Positions 39,041 through 52,869 of a stretch of 64,000 nucleotides of DNA are shown here, one piece after another. How positions within the stretch are numbered: position 1 is the stretch's first letter; the number at the start of each line of letters is the position of its first letter. Position numbers and translations under genes: made by a program. The notes beneath the pieces were generated by a model. It was not told where the DNA came from. It did no database searches and was given only the letters and a program-made list of their open reading frames with translations. The stretch covers positions 620,001 to 684,000 of the forward strand of contig MU058718.1 of NCBI GenBank assembly GCA_013265495.1. Reading direction: 5' to 3'. This DNA comes from Vicugna vicugna (taxonomy: Eukaryota).

Positions 39041-39321
39041 GGGTATGCAAATTAGCATAAAGATACATGATGACTATCATTCCAGAAGAGCTTGGCTATG
39101 AGCTAAATACATTAACATCTGTATGTACGCAATATGTAATTTTATAATACATAAAAACATAATCATAGAATATAGTGTCTAATTACATATAAAATGTTTA
39201 TATGAACATATATTTATAAGTATAATCATGCAGAAATATTAAGAGTACATGGGTCAGCAGAAGCGTTGGGTCAGCTACTGCAATATAGGAAAAAAAGAAG
39301 TTACAGAGGACAATGGCCTTT

Positions 39322-39788
39322 TGTGGTTTTAGAATACGAGCACAATGTCTTTGACAGTCCTCTCCAAAAGGTGGAGCCTAAACAACTCTCTAAGTTGCGT
39401 GCAGGCTGGAGCTGACGAGTCCCGTTTGTCAGAGCGTAGCAGCAGTGACAGTGTGTGGCTTCATGGACTGGTCACAACAGGCACTGCAGCTTGCACCGTG
39501 CTCTCCCTCGGGCCACTCGCTCTGGGGGAAGCCAGTGGCCATGTCGTGAGGACACTCAAGCAACCCAACAGGGAGGGAGGTCTTGAGAGTAAGGAACCCA
39601 GTCCTGCTGCCAACAGCAGCACCAACTCGGAAGCAGAATTCCCAGCTCCAGTAAAGCCTTCAGGTGACTGCACTCCAGAGAACATTTTGAGGGACTCAGT
39701 CATATTCCTGATGCACAGAAACTGTGTGATAATAACATGTTTATGGCTGTGTTGAGCTGCTACGTTTGGGGTAAAGATAATGGATGCA
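39322..39788 (+). mobile_element. MLT1F-like ERVL-MaLR solo LTR
   Basis: tgtggttttagaata...aaggtggagcctaa...ctcgctctgggggaagccagtggccatgtcgtgaggacactcaagca...aagccttcaggtgactgca...cacagaaactgtgtgataataa...tttggggtaa. Confidence 0.8.
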
Positions 39789-41494
39789 CCTATTCAAGTG
39801 CCCCTGTAGGGAAAAGGAAGTTTTAGCCATTTGGCTTTGAGAGGTTCAGTCCTTCTAGCAAAGTCATACCCATTCTGACAGGGACTCGTGAAGCTAAGCT
39901 GTTGCCATTAAACATGCACCTCACCTAGCCTCCCTCGTCCTGACTATCCACTCACCAAACTACCTTTGGACTAGGATTTAGCTCTCCAGGCACCTTCAGG
40001 GAGAGAATGAATCAATCATACAGACAAGGCATTCCTAGGTTCTGTGATGATTTTTCAGGGCAACTTAATAAGTGGCTTCTGATTATGATTTGCCTTCCTG
40101 TGGAAGCCTGCCTGTGCTGATTACATGGACTCTGAGTACATCTGGTCCCCCTGGTGCCTTTGAGTGTGTGAGGTCCCTCCTTACAGCAAAGGAATAAGCC
40201 AACATTGTAGGGTCCACTTCCCTGCTTTCCAGTTAGTACTGAGTCACCCTCTCAGGGTGAGGGTCCCCAGGGCACTGACGACAGTGAGAATGTCCACCTT
40301 CAAACAGAAGCCAGGACCGACATGCAGGGACTTGGTACCTGAATGGCAGGTCCTGCCCAGCTGCCCACTGGCCTTCTTTGTGGCATCCACACCATCTACC
40401 AGAGACAAGGAGCCTTTACTGAGATGTGTAGTCAAAGAATTCTCCTTACTGGGGAAGATACAGGAATCCTCAAGATTTTCAATTAACTCTTCACTTCTAT
40501 GAGGCAGTTTCTATTCTTAACCCCAATATCACTCTATTCAGTAGACAGTCTGGAAAACGGAAGTCCAAGAACAACAAGGCTCGATGATGTCAATCATCTC
40601 TATCACTTTCTCCGAATATTTTCTCTATTATTTCTCTGGATAAAGATCAGAGATAGAGTTTGCTGGATGTTTTATGTGGGTAAAAGCTAATGATTTACAA
40701 TCTATCAACCAGTGATATAGAACTAGTAAAAAAATTCTTGAAAGAGCTACAGTTAAAGACCATGAGGATTATTAGGAAACTGTCCCAATGATTCTTGGAG
40801 TGACAAAGAATGGGTCTAAATACCAAGTCTGCTGTTACTACTACACAACGGTACGTCAGTGTTTAAGGGCTCCGGTTGTTAGTAAATTACCTTAAATTGC
40901 TATTTTATTATACCCTTGTTTTCAGTTTAATAACATTTACCATAAAAGGGTTTCTCACAAGTGTATTTAGGCAATTTACTCATGCGAGAAATGGCTGGAA
41001 ATTAAATGCACACATACAAGAAGCCCTGGTTAAATAAATGTGCTAAAAGGCAGGAACACCAGTGGGTCTTAAATGGTCAATGGCTCCCTGGAAGAATTTG
41101 TATTACAAACTCAACCCTAGACACATCATGTAATAAAGGCTTCTAAATGCAATGCGTCTCTGCATGAATCAGGGTCGGACAGACAGTGGTAATACCACAC
41201 ACCATGCATTTGGTAGGGACGTGAGCTGAGAGGGCACCTAAAGAGTTAGGGGCGGGGGGAATGGCAAATACCAACAGGGCAAACGATGGGATTCTTGTGT
41301 TGGCACCTCCACTTGTCTATTGTCTTCCAACAGATCTATGTAGTAGACGCCACAGCCCATTATAAACTCTAGAGAGTTCTCTGAGAGGGCACGAGTGCTG
41401 GGCATTCATAGGCACCTGATTGTCCTCAAAGGGCAACAACCAGATACCCCTGGCCCCAACAGGCACCTACAATGACCCCTTACCACCCCCATAC

Positions 41495-41920
41495 CCCACA
41501 ATCTATTATCAACATAACAAGCAGAGTGATCTTTTTATACCAGAAGATAAGTTGTGTGATCCTCTCTGATCCAACATCCCAGTGGTTCCTCACCTCACTC
41601 TGAGTTAAGAGTCACAGAACGGAGTATGAGCCCCATCTTCTCTGCCTGGAATGCTTTTTCCTCAGACCCACATTTAGCCTCCCTCAGTTCTGTCTTGGTT
41701 CACATGTTACCTTCTTAGTGAGACCTTCTCTGCCTGCATTTTTAAACTGTCCACATCACCCCCTCTTGCCTGACACTCCCTTATCCACCCCCTCTGATTT
41801 ATTGTTCTCCATAGAGTTATCATGCGACCTGCTGTGGACCACACTTAGCTTCTGTCTTTCTCTACTTGAACATAAGCTTCCTGAGGGTAGTGATGTTGTC
41901 TCCATGTTCCATTGTTTTAT
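41495..41920 (+). mobile_element. L2 LINE 3' fragment
   Basis: gcagagtgatcttttta, tctgcctggaatgcttttt, cttcttagtgagaccttctctg, cataagcttcctgagggtag. Confidence 0.75.
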
Positions 41921-42239
41921 CATTTCCTTATTAATCACATTTTTTAGTGGCTATAAATTGTCCTCAAGCATTTTGTTTGATAGTGGTTTATTAGACTTTG
42001 GGATTTCTTACTCAAGATCTTAAGCATGTTCTAGAAATTTCCTTTAAACAAAGACTGATGGACTGGGTGACCTGCAAGCAAGAGTAGGTACCAACTGTCA
42101 CCCTGAAACTGTTCATCCATCACCACTTTTGTGTTTGACTCTGTGGAATTCTGATTTACTTTTTACCTTTAATGTCAAATAAAAATAGGAACGTGTTAAA
42201 GAGGAAAATAAAATTATTAGTTCTATTTTCAAAAATTTT

Positions 42240-42338
42240 AAATGAATATACGTATATTCATGTATGACTGAAAAACTGTGCTGTATACTAGAAACTGACA
42301 CAACACTGTAAACTGACTATAACTCAATAAAAAAAAAA
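42240..42338 (+). mobile_element. Very short young L1 3' end with polyA
   Basis: atgtatgactgaaaaactgtgctgtatactagaaactgacacaacactgtaaactgactataactcaataaaaaaaaaa; the same family occurs reversed at 56790-57090. Confidence 0.75.
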
Positions 42339-45300
42339 TTTTTTTTTAAACTACATCCCCTTCCTCAATATTCCATTTAGGATAGAAAATTTCCCCACAT
42401 GCTAGAAAACAAGAGCATAATGGGTGCTTTTCCTGATTATAAGTGACACCAATTAAAGTAATCTTCATGATAAAGATTTGTTAGGCTGAGACAGCAGAAT
42501 TAAATGCATTTAATATAACTCTTGCACAAACATCTGTTGAAGAAAGAGATGAAACTAATGCCCACAGGGTTGTGTGAAGACTATAGTATGTCCACATTTT
42601 TCTGGCCATAAGTGATTATGTCCTAATGAAACCTCACAGGAATGGGTCTCCTAAGAGTCATATAAATTAGAGATAAAGAAAATGTTACCTTACTCTTGAC
42701 AAATGCAAGACAAATCCTTGCAAACCACATTCAGCTGGTGTTTTATACCCAAAACCCCTCCAAGGAAAGGCTATAAATGTTCCAAAAGCAGGAAGCTTTC
42801 CTACTCACTAATCTTCAGTGCCATTCTCACACTCCCAGACCACCACATACCACAAAATGACTCTCCCATCGTATTTCAAAAGAATGAATTCACAATCCTC
42901 ACGAGGACCTCGCAGAGGAGAAAAACATGCTTTGCACCTCGATGCTTCAGTTCAGGCCTTGCTCCAGAAGCAGCACTGGAAACAGGAGCCTGAAAAGAGG
43001 CACACTGTGGTCCAGGGAGCCCAACTGCAGTCATATTCCTTCCTGGAGAACTTTAAGACCCAAATCCTTGGCATTGTCCAGATGGAGTCAACCAAGGAAG
43101 GTCTTGAGAGGAATATAAACAGGCCAAATCACAAAAGAATAGTCTGTGCTCAGTCCAACAGAACCAACTGAACAACCGCCACTGCACACAACAGGTTTAT
43201 AAACCTCACAAGTCTGGGAAGGGCCAGAGTGAACAAGCCTCTCCTCTGACAACACGGAGCCTTACTATGTCTTCAAATGAGTCTGGACTATTAAGTCACT
43301 GCACTCTCTAAGATAATGAGGAAGCTGCTCGACCACTTGTAGACAAGATTTCCCATCCTGAGAGATGGGAACCCAAAGCGTGAGTGTGAACTTGAGAGCC
43401 TTGTGATGTGTGTAAATACTGTCACAAAGAATAGCACACACATAGTCCCAAAATATTCATGTTGGAAAAATTGATAGTGAAATGTACGTATTACTACTCA
43501 GTTAGGTAGGAAATCTGAAATATATGTACAATTTATTCAATGGAGAAGAAAATGGATAATTTTGTGAAGGGAGGATATTCAAATTCACGGTTGCAAATTA
43601 ACTGTTAATATATTTGAAAAGCAGGGCCTAGTCAACCGCACAAGGACGGAGTTGGGGGACTAAACGTAGAACAGAGCCAGTCCTGCTCTCTCAACCTGAT
43701 TACCCATAGCCCTGCAGAGGGAGTTAGAGGCACACCGCCCTTCCTGGATCTCTTGCGCTATCAGCCAACTCCAGGAATTTATGCAAAGGTAGGCAGAAAA
43801 GGCAGCTTATTTTCACCTCTTCCTTGTGCACCAAACTCATTTCAGGTTAGTAGGTCTGTTGAGGCAATCAGACAGAATGCGACTTCAGATTTTTGAGGAG
43901 GGGTGCTACTTTTTAATTTCTGAAGTCCTCTGGGGCAGTGGAGTAAGGAGAAAAGGAAGGCAGGGTGATGGTAAAGGATGAAATTCTCTAATTAGGAATG
44001 CAAATGGCTGAAGCCATCTCCCTCCTTCTGGGCATCCCACCGTGAAATTAAACAGACCCACAGGCCAGCGGCTGGACCAGAATCAGGAGGACTGACTGGA
44101 CGAGGATGCCCTGCTTTGGGAGACTTAGTGGGAATGTTGAAGGGGGAGACAAGAGCTCAGAGTCCATACTGTCTGTGGACAAGGGCCTCTTGCTCATCCT
44201 TCCTGAGTCTCAAACATACCGTCTAGAATTCTAAACCAAAGGAAGACACAAAAATAGTGAGAGGATTTAGGCCACACTAGTCCAGAGCAGGGAGTGACAG
44301 CAACTGCCTACTTTGTTTTAGTCTAGCTTTACACCACCAACTTTGGAGGTGGATATATTTATTAATCCACTGGATATTTATCTTTGGTCCCTATCAATGT
44401 ATATGGCCTGGTGCTAGGATCCCTCTTTTTCAATGGGGTGTGCAGGGTCAGAGAGAGACATGGGAAAAGATTTCCACCCCATAGAAAGGCCTGCAATAAA
44501 AAGAATTTGGAAAGAATCAGACCAGAGGGGTAGAAAAATACTTTAAGAAGGTCTCCGTTTATAGAACCAATAGGCAACTCTGTATGGAGTAGAATCCATT
44601 GTTTAAAGTCACCCCAGAACCTCCAGCAGAACTCCAGCCAGCATCCAACACTGTATTTACTGAAAACACACAGAACTCAATCAGTTATGACTATACCAAC
44701 GGAGACTCAACCTCTGGCTGTTTAAATCCTAAGAGGCTGTTATTTATCAGTAAATATTCTTTGCTGTAGGACTGTTTTGTGTACATCCAAACTCGCCCCC
44801 TCCAGCCCCCATCCTTACCTACAACATGAAGAGTCTACCTCCTTCCTTGACTCCTGTTGATCGACTCTGGCCCTCACTGCTTCTCTCTACCACACCGTCT
44901 AGCTCAATGACATACGATACTACTTCTCCTTTATTAGACCGTCAGCTCCTTGAGGGCAGGGACAGTGCCTCCTGCTTATGTGTCTCCTATTTGTTTGCCA
45001 AGGAGGGTGCTGAGCACACATACTTGCTGGACCAGACTGGACAAAAGATACCTGCACTTTTCTGTCACAGCTGATGACACAGATCTCTTCCTTCTCGGCT
45101 TCGTCTGTCTCTGGTCGTGGTGTTAAGTGTCCACAGCAGAATTCTGGACCAGGGCAGAATGGTGAAGGGACCCTGGGTCCTAGCAGAAGGGGAGGGTTGG
45201 TCTCTCTACAGGCGAATGCCTCCCAGCGTCGTCATATCAGCCCACTCCCGAGGCCCCCTCTGCTCTCTGCGAGCCCCTCCCCCTACTCCACCCCCAACAC

Positions 45301-45479
45301 AGAGGTGGCAAAGCTGAGCCGCCTGGAGACTCAGACTCCAAGACGCAGGTTACAAGTACCTAAGGTAGGCTGGTTATCTAGGGGTTCCTTTCTGAGGTAT
45401 TCACTTCCAAGAACTGTAGGAGTACCAGGTGCTCTAAGTAACTTGCAGGAAAGGAGAAGAAAGATAAGAAAGCATCGTG

Positions 45480-45700
45480 ACTAGGAGCATAGACTCTAGC
45501 TGTACCGTTGGGTTTGAATCTCCAATTTCCACTTAGTTAGCTGTGTGACCTGGGCAACTCTGTACACTTGAGTTTTCTCATCTAGAAGATGAGACACCTT
45601 ATAGGATTGTTGTGCCATTGGAATTATTTAATCTATATATATATAAGGCGTGGGGACCACTGTCTGGCCCACTGTGAATGCTCTGTAACTGTTACCAACA
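45480..45700 (+). mobile_element. MIR SINE
   Basis: gggtttgaatc...cacttagttagctgtgtgacctgggcaa...agttttctcatctagaagatg...ataggattgttgtg. Confidence 0.75.
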
Positions 45701-45802
45701 GTCCCCATTATCCGAGAGACTAAGATAATGCCCCCAGGGGACCCCCTCCTACAGGCTGGGAAAGGAAGAGGGGAGAGTAGGGGAGCCAAAAAGATCCAAC
45801 AC

Positions 45803-45947
45803 ACTGGTTCTCCAAGTGGACCACACACCTGGGAACATGTGAGAAATGCAAATTCAGGATGCCTCCCTGGATCTACTGAATCAGAAACTCTGTGATTAAA
45901 AACGCCTTCAGGTGATTCGGATCCAGGCTTACATTTGAGAACCACTG
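45803..45947 (+). mobile_element. MER5A hAT-Charlie MITE
   Basis: ctggttctccaagtg...cacctgggaacatgtgagaaatgcaaattc...ctactgaatcagaaactctg...tttgagaaccactg. Confidence 0.85.
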
Positions 45948-47667
45948 GTTAAAGGAACCAAGGGAAAATCATGGCCTCTGTGATGAAGGTGGTTCCAATT
46001 TCCAGCTCTGGGATTGTTAGGAGGTCGAGGCTGGTGTGAAACCAGGTGGGAAAAATAATTTCTTACCAGGAGAAGGACTGAGAGAGGAATCAATTCAAAG
46101 GGCTGCAGGGACCTAGTTTTAAGGGGAAGTTGTTGGATTAAAAAAACAAACAAACAAAAAAACCCCAGCACGTAAGCAAGCAAAATGTCATAATATGTCT
46201 AGGACAGGGCTGACCTCTCAAGTTTCCCATTCATAGTCATCTAGGCACTTAAAAGGAGTGACAGAGCCTTCTGAAGCTAGACAAGGGAGCCACAATTTGG
46301 CCCATTTGGGTTTTAAGAGTGTTGTCAGAACAAGAAGTCTGACCAGGCCTGAGATGGCTCACAAATACAATGACGGTGAGAATTTCTGTTTTAAGGCATC
46401 ATGACCAGTGACTCACATCCTTATAAACCACCCCTACATCTTGCCAGAGTTCTGTGTGGCTCCAAGGAGGAGGGTGGAGGGGGTCCACAGGAGACCCAGA
46501 GGAGCCTGGACCACAGAGCCAGAGCATTACCTCTAAACGGTTGCTCCGGAGAGCCGTTTGGTGAAGAAGTATCAACTCACAGGTCTGATGATGAACCACG
46601 AGACATGCAGCAACAGGAGCAAAATTCTCTTGGTTAGAGGACCATAATATTTTGCTGAGTTTGGGGGGAGGGCAGAGACGCTGTAAGGTTATATGGAGCT
46701 GAACACATTACAGTTGAACCAGATGTTAGGTGAAAAAGTTGTGAGTTGATGGAATTATCACATAAGGGATTGCTCCATCTCCTCCCTCTCCACGTGTCCT
46801 CCTCCTTTTCTCCCTGCCTCTGGTGTCCACCAGGCACAGATCAGCATTATTGAGTGTCCAGCTGGGTATTGTGATGTCAGAGGCATCACCCACAGTGGTT
46901 GAGGAAACTAGTAGCCCAGCCCTGTTTGGGGACACATGGCCTCGATTGGAGCTCTCGTGACACCATGTGACACCACTTTTGTTCCATCTACCTGAAAACA
47001 TCTCACACCTCCTACATCTCCAGAAGCCCTCAGTGTACCCTCCCCAAACCAATATGGTGCTTCAGGGAAACCAAGGCACAGAGAAACTTGCTCAAGGTCA
47101 GGAAGCAATACCCTGGTACTGCCATGAACACTGCCAGAGCTTCCTGATCACTTGTCCACACCAGTCCAGGGGACCCGGCTGCCTTTTATAGAAAGTTTCC
47201 ACACACCTTCTATTCCTAACCTCAATCACAAGCATCACCGGTCCACATGCTTCAGAAGCACCAGCAGACTCTGTGTCACAGCCTTAGTAACGTCCCCTTT
47301 TAGGACCATGAGCACCACTTGTTTGCACTGGACACTGAATTCTTGATACTCTTCTTGGACTGCTTTTTTGTTTTTATTTCCAACAGAGGTAACTAATCAG
47401 GGCTTTACAGATCAAGAAAGCCAACTATGGTTCACCAAGAAAAAGCAGCAGCTTACCATACGTGACTGTGCCCCAAGATGCCAAGAATGTCAAGAGTCTG
47501 CACTTTGGGGGTAGGAAGAATTCTTTGTTACTAATGGTCCAGGGTGAGTGCAGTACCTATCTTTTTTGTTTTTCTTTTGCAAGCTGACAGTAACATACTG
47601 AGAAAATGAAAGATAATCTAATAGAGATCACATATATGTATACGTACACATATATATGTATGTATTT

Positions 47668-47758
47668 AAAAATTTTTTTCTTATGGAAGTATAGTTGATT
47701 TACAATGTTAGTTTCAGGTATATAGCAAAGTGTTTCAGTTATACATATATATTATGTT
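47668..47758 (-). mobile_element. ~90-bp L1 3' end with exact 13-bp TSD
   Basis: ggaagtatagttgatttacaatgttagtttcaggtatatagcaaagtgtttcagttatacatat; tatgtatgtattt at 47655-47667 and 47759-47771. Confidence 0.75.
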
Positions 47759-49121
47759 TATGTATGTATTTTAGAAGTTTTCAGAATGTCTTGACCTTGA
47801 GATCTAAAATGGGTAGAGCCTTTGGGAAAAAAAGGAAGCAAGCCCCTCCGAATAAGACTTGCATGTGAAGCTGGAGAACAGATATGTAACCTTTAGCATA
47901 TGGCTCGCTCCACCGTTCAGTGAACAGATTCCAGTCCCTAAATAAAGCCCCGGAAAGCACACATATTGGACGAACTAGCTCATTTATAAAAAATTGAGGG
48001 GCCAAGACAGGGAGTGCTCACTGGCCAATAAGATGACTTGGTTTCCCAACATGACAGAAATGCATTTCAACCATGTAGTAAATAAAATAAAACTTCATTG
48101 TCAAAGAACCCCAACTGTCCCCCATGTGATCTGCCTTTGAGGCCTCCTCATGTGACTGGCCTCCCAATTTAGAGCGTAACCAACTCCCAATGACCTGTAA
48201 TAACACCATTCCCAAATTAGAGCTCTCAATTTGACTTGGCCTCAGTCCCTCCCTCAAAGCAAAATAAAGCATCCGTTTTCTTTTTTTCACATTCATAATA
48301 CTCTCCTTTTCGAGTTGCCAACTCAAACCCTGCTCCAGTCAGATTGAGCCCTTCCTCTATTTTTTTTTCTGGTTAGCCAAAGAGCCTGATGGAAAAACAC
48401 CAAGAGACAAAAACAAAAACAAAATCAGACAAAAATTCCAAGTAAGTGACATTCAGCTGGAAAAGCTATGATTCACATGCAAATAAAAATCTCCCTGAAT
48501 TCACTGTTATATGACGCAAGCCCCTGGCTTCAACATAAAAAGGGCAGAATGAAATCACCCACAATTAAACTCACCCTGGAATACTGGAATTCTCTGGCTA
48601 GACTTCCCCAGTTAATGATAAGACCCCCCCCCCATAATGGAATGAAGCTAATTGTGTTGGATCCCAGGGTATCCCCAACTCAGCTGACATTCACAGCTGG
48701 GCATTCCCCAGTCCAGCATGGTCCACCTTCCCACAGCCCTGACCTGGGCTAGCCAGCCCACGTGGAGATGGGGCTCCAGCCTCTCAGTGGCAGCCCTCCT
48801 TTCCGGGCAGACACCGGGGATTGTGCTGAGAACCCTGGCCCTCGCCCCCACACCCCACCCCTAGATGCTAGTGTGCCAGAAAGCTTTCTTAGGAGCTCTG
48901 GGAAGTTCTCCCCAAGACTAAACGGAGCCTTTGTTTGAACTTCACAGCATCCTCAGCCTTTGATCTCAAGTCCAGGCCAGTGATAGTCCAGCAAGTCACC
49001 TCTCCTTACTGGTAGACAATTTACCATTTCACTTTCCCTTCTTCTCCAGGGGAAAGTTGGTCAGACACCACTTTCTTTTTCTCCAGATGGTTCCCTTATG
49101 ATGCACACTCCATCTGCCCGA

Positions 49122-50055
49122 GAGTCACAGAATTCTGGAGACAGAAGGGCCCTCAGAGGTTCTCCAGCCCTTCCTTTACTAGTTGTGGCCTCTCATCACT
49201 GGATTCCTCCCTGCTGGTCACCTGGCCTGAGCCACTGCCTAGTCATGGGGAGTCCGCTTCCACCATCAAAGACATCTGGGATTACTGAAGCCGCAGTCAG
49301 CCTCTCTGCAACTTCTTCCCATTCAGCAAAGGTGAGTTTTTCTGAAACTGCAAAGAATTAATCTACAGACACTTGTTCACCCATGATCAGAGCCGCATTA
49401 TTCACAATAACCAAAAGCAACCCAAACGTCCATCAATAGTGAATGGCTAAACAAAATGTGGGAGTATACATACAACAGAATATCGTTCAGCCTTTAAAAG
49501 GAAGGAAATTCTGACACACGCTGCAAAAGGGATAAATCTTGAAAACATTATGCTAAATGAAAGGAGCCTGATACGAAAGACAAATATTGTATGATTACAC
49601 TTATATGAGGCACCCAGAATAGGCAAATTCATAGAGACAGTAGGTAGAATAGTGGTTACCAGGGGCTCAGGGGAGGAGGGGACATTATTGTTTAATGTGT
49701 AAAGAGTTTCTATTTGAGATGATGAAAAAGCTTTGGAAATGGAGAGTGGTGATGGTACTGCAACATTGTAAACATAATTAATGTAATAGAACTGCACACA
49801 TAACAACTTTCAAAATGGCACATTTTATGTAATGTCTATTCTACTACAGTGAAAAAAATACAAAAAAATTAGATAAATTGACTTCCCCTTTCCCAAGATA
49901 GCCATGCCTCTAAATTTTCTTTTTCAGGCTAAAACCCCCCGTTCCTTCTAATAATCTTTAGATAATATGATTTCTAGACCCCACAGCTTCCTAGACACCT
50001 TCCTCTGGGCCCACTCAGTGTTTCTTTGGAAACCTGGTGCCCAGAAATGTACAGG
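49122..50055 (-). mobile_element. L3/CR1 fragment interrupted by L1MB
   Basis: gtcacagaattctggagacagaagggccctcagagg (left); ttttcaggctaaaacccccg...atgatttctagacccc...tcctctggg...ggtgcccagaa (right). Confidence 0.55.
49365..49868 (+). mobile_element. L1MB-like LINE 3' end
   Basis: gcattattcacaataaccaaaa...aaggaaattctgacacacgctgcaa...ggcaaattcatagagacag...tggaaatggagagtggtgatggtactgcaacattg. Confidence 0.85.
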
Positions 50056-51184
50056 AGACTGTGCTTGGCTACCAGCTCCCCCATGTCTCCCTCAGAGGCA
50101 CCCAGCTCAGCTCCCAGTCAAAAGCCACATAGAATGGGCCCACTGACTGCCTGTTTTGGATGCCAGGGCAAAAAGGTCCAAGTTCAAAAGCCATGCCATA
50201 TCCACCCCCCTACCCCCGTGGCTGCTTCCCCAAGCCCAGATCCATTTCCCAGACAGCTGTGGGCAGCTGAAGCTGAGAAGTGAAACCGGCAGAGGCAACT
50301 GGCTGGTGGGGTGTGGGGGGTGGGGTCGGGGGAAGCATCTCATCTAAGCACACTCGGGCCTTTCCACAGATTTCCCTCGATTCCCGTGGGTGTTTGGCAA
50401 ACGGAAACGGAGCAGGCACGGGAGGTATCTCTCTCCAGGCACTCGGGGATGCCTCTTACCAGCCACCCACCAGCAGCCTGTAGCTGGCATCACGGGGCTC
50501 AGCCACCCAAGCTGGACTAGCCTTGCTGGGCGCCAAGCACTCGTCCCTCTCTGTCCATCTGGAAAAGGTTTGAAAGTTTGAAGCAGAAAAGGTCCCTTCT
50601 GCATTTTAAAGGATGTGGAAACTGAGTAGCCTGGGTGTTGGTCTGATTCCATGAGTGAGTAATCCATTTCCTGAAAGTAAACTGCTCACCCTTTGGAAGT
50701 GGACCAGGGATTTTGGGGTGCCATGTGAAGTGTCACTAACTGGGTAAATATTTACTGGCAGAAGCCACGGAACTTTTCTAGGAATGTCAGTTAATTTACT
50801 AAATGAATGACCCTTAAGGTGACAACCTAAAAAAAAGTTAACTTGTCTTTTAATGGGTGAGCATTTTATGCCTGGGATGGGGTATTAGGAGGGAGGGTGC
50901 TTCTCTGACTAGTTAGAATAACCACATATAAATTAAAACCAGGCCTGACTTTAGAATCTCTACCTTCTAATTTTTCTTGACTCCTGATTTTCTATTAAAA
51001 TCTGAGCCGATGATTGGTTGACTTTGGAAAACTCTGTTCTCTATGCCAATAATTTGCCTGGAGTTTCAAATGACAGGATTTGAAAAATGCCTTCTCTGGG
51101 AGTCTACTGGCTTCGGGGATTCCATATATCTGCCACTTACTAAAAGACTGTGCCCTTCTGGATATACCTAGAGTCATGCCTCTC

Positions 51185-51235
51185 ACTCTCCTGTGTGGAA
51201 CAATTTAGACTCTCCTGTGTGGAACAATTTAGACT
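51185..51235. repeat. Perfect 24-bp tandem duplication
   Basis: actctcctgtgtggaacaatttag x2 (51185-51208, 51209-51232) plus act. Confidence 0.95.
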
Positions 51236-52753
51236 TCAATCAGGTGGCTTGAAAAAGCCTCTTGCACTGATGAATAAAAAGGTGATTTCTTTTTGGCTCA
51301 AATGATCACTTAAACAGTCTTTTCAAAAAGACTCCTGTGTCCCCTGCTTCATGAAACAGGCAATCTGCAGGAAGTAATCTAAATTTTCTGATTAAAACTA
51401 TGCAGACAGATGAGTGTTTTTGGAGCTCCGCTGGGAAGAGGAAGAGTTTGTATGTGAGGCAGCCTCTGATGTAGGAATAAATCAGGCTGAGAAGTGATTC
51501 TCAGTGGAAGAATCATGGAAGTGATGAAGTTGACAGAGAAAGGTCATTCTGGATTCCCATCCTCATGCTCAGTCTCCCGCCAGCGCTCAGTCTCTCTCAG
51601 GACGAGCCCTTTTAGTAGAGTTTGGGAAACATATGTGACTGTGTTGAGCTCGGGCACCCCCTCCATGCAGTTTTCCGAGGCAGAAATGGAGGTTTCCCTG
51701 ACTCTGCCCAAACGGAGTCGGGATATGTCCACTTGCGTCTGGTTTTAGGCCAACCGTACGGTATCCTAGAATCAGATGCCATCTACCTGCTGTTCCTTCC
51801 CTAACAGGGGTGCTCTGGGAAGGGGATGACTCTGTGACTCCAAGAGATGACAACCCTCCCTAGTGTGCTGGAGCCTGAGCCTGCAAAGGCCAGAGCATCA
51901 GTACTCGCTTCTGTCCCTGGAGAACCAGGCAGGGTGCTCACTTGGGTATACAGCTTCCCCTGGGAAGGCCCATCTCTCACAGCACTGCACAGCGGCTGGC
52001 ATGGAAGAAACAATATGCTGGCTGCCAAGAACACAGGGTTGGTGGTCCACGTAGCCAGCAACGTTAAAAACAGTGTTTTCCTTGTTCATTCATTTCCTTC
52101 CTTTCCAATCTACGAGGGCCTATCTATGAGGTGGCATTGCTTAAACAGAAGTCACTGAATGCCTGAAAAACAGGGCTGGCCTATTCTGTTAGTAGAGTGG
52201 GAATTTGTTCTTAGTTGATTTCCTCTTATGCTTTCATTTGGCACATATAAATATTGTATTATCTTTGTATTTCTCTATTGTATTGTCTGTTTAATTTATC
52301 TTTTGAAGCATGAGGACATAGTCAGAGTGCAGATCCAGAGGAAGATGACTATGTGCTGAGAAACTCTATCATCAATACTTTTTGGAACAAAAGCAAATGC
52401 TTACAATATAAGTGATGATCAGTGAGCATTCATAACCACAGAATAACGAGGAGTTGGGAAATGTCAGAGAAATTCACAAGATGAGCCTTGAACGGGATGT
52501 GTGCTGGGAGGGGCACCTGTTGACAGTTAAGGATCCAGACACGGTGTGTGTCCCTTGGTTACCCTTGGCACCTGCACTCAACAGCCTCTAGGAAACCACC
52601 TTATTCTATTTTCTCTGTGACTCTCTCCTGTACAGGTCTGGCCTGAGGAGATGGAGAGGTCACAGAGGAGAGCCACTGGAATGAAATAGGAGAGACAGGA
52701 GGCTGGCAGGGAACTAAGCCAGCCCCAGTTGCTTCTGCTGCTTGCTTTTCTTC

Positions 52754-52869
52754 TTTTTTAAAAAAAAATTTGGGGGTACTTTATTTATTTAATGGAAGTA
52801 CTGGGGATTGAACCCAGGACCTCGTGTGCATGCCAAGCACGTGCTCTACCACTGAGCTCTACCCTCCCT
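52754..52869 (-). mobile_element. Short tRNA-derived SINE (camelid Vic-1-like) with A-rich tail
   Basis: Minus strand gggagggtagagctcagtggtagagcacgtgcttggcatgcacacgaggtcctgggttcaatccccagtacttccattaaataaataaa; pol III A and B boxes; ttctgctgc on both flanks. Confidence 0.88.

Noticed and set aside
2555..48484. About 11 ATGCAAAT octamers on the + strand
   Set aside because: Dispersed rather than clustered, two lie inside repeats and one in an exon, and the pattern was noticed post hoc by hand count; needs a Markov-background test.
52790..52869. tRNA-Ala-like sequence (also 36278-36360)
   Set aside because: Has an A-rich tail, flanking duplication and a degenerate acceptor stem, so it is a SINE rather than a tRNA gene.
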